Assembly: GCF_963921235.1 (NCBI RefSeq)
Contig: NC_086106.1
Location: 103,788,001 to 103,852,000, forward strand
Source of the DNA: Mobula hypostoma
Taxonomy: Eukaryota
Direction of reading: 5' to 3'
DNA length: 64,000 bases
In this document: piece by piece, positions 63,851 through 64,000 of the stretch
Layout of the letters: every line of letters begins with the position of its first letter
Position numbering within the stretch: the first letter of the stretch is position 1
Translations under genes and position numbers: made by a program
The notes under the pieces: generated by a model
Seen by the model: only the letters and a program-made list of their open reading frames with translations
What the model was told of the DNA's origin: nothing
Databases searched by the model: none

Positions 63851-64000
63851 TTTCATTAATGCTAAGCAGACTCAGCCCCTATCTATTTTCCTCACCAAAC
63901 TTAACTTGGCCCATTCTTTCCACTGTGCCATATTTTGAATATGTAAATTCTATTTAATTTGGCAGTAATTTACCTCTATCCATATTTCAGTCTGACTGCG

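Noticed and set aside
1-64000. CRISPR arrays, operons or other prokaryotic systems; intact host genes
   Set aside because: Sequence is vertebrate-like repeat DNA with no regularly spaced repeat-spacer array. The remaining short ORFs are TE fragments or unrecognisable.

Overview
Eukaryotic, repeat-dominated intergenic or intronic DNA. From the CR1/Rex/Penelope repeat families it most likely comes from a cartilaginous fish such as a ray or shark (inference). No intact host protein-coding gene is recognisable. The window is a nested patchwork of CR1 LINEs, Rex1/Babar LINEs, a 5'-truncated L1/Tx1-type LINE, an R4/Dong-like LINE, Penelope-like elements, two Gypsy families, an ERV-like pol remnant, mariner/Tc1/Harbinger/hAT-type DNA elements and SINEs. 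Three observations stand out. (1) A Gypsy LTR retrotransposon whose pol frame is fused in-frame to an intronless, internally deleted myosin heavy-chain rod sequence, apparently a captured host mRNA. (2) A nearly intact Penelope element carrying a minimal hammerhead ribozyme, plus many short TSD-flanked insertions bounded by, or folded back around, that ribozyme. (3) A processed RBM25 pseudogene interrupted by a young CR1, which creates a chimeric ORF. All protein-family calls are by motif recognition from memory; no searches were run.
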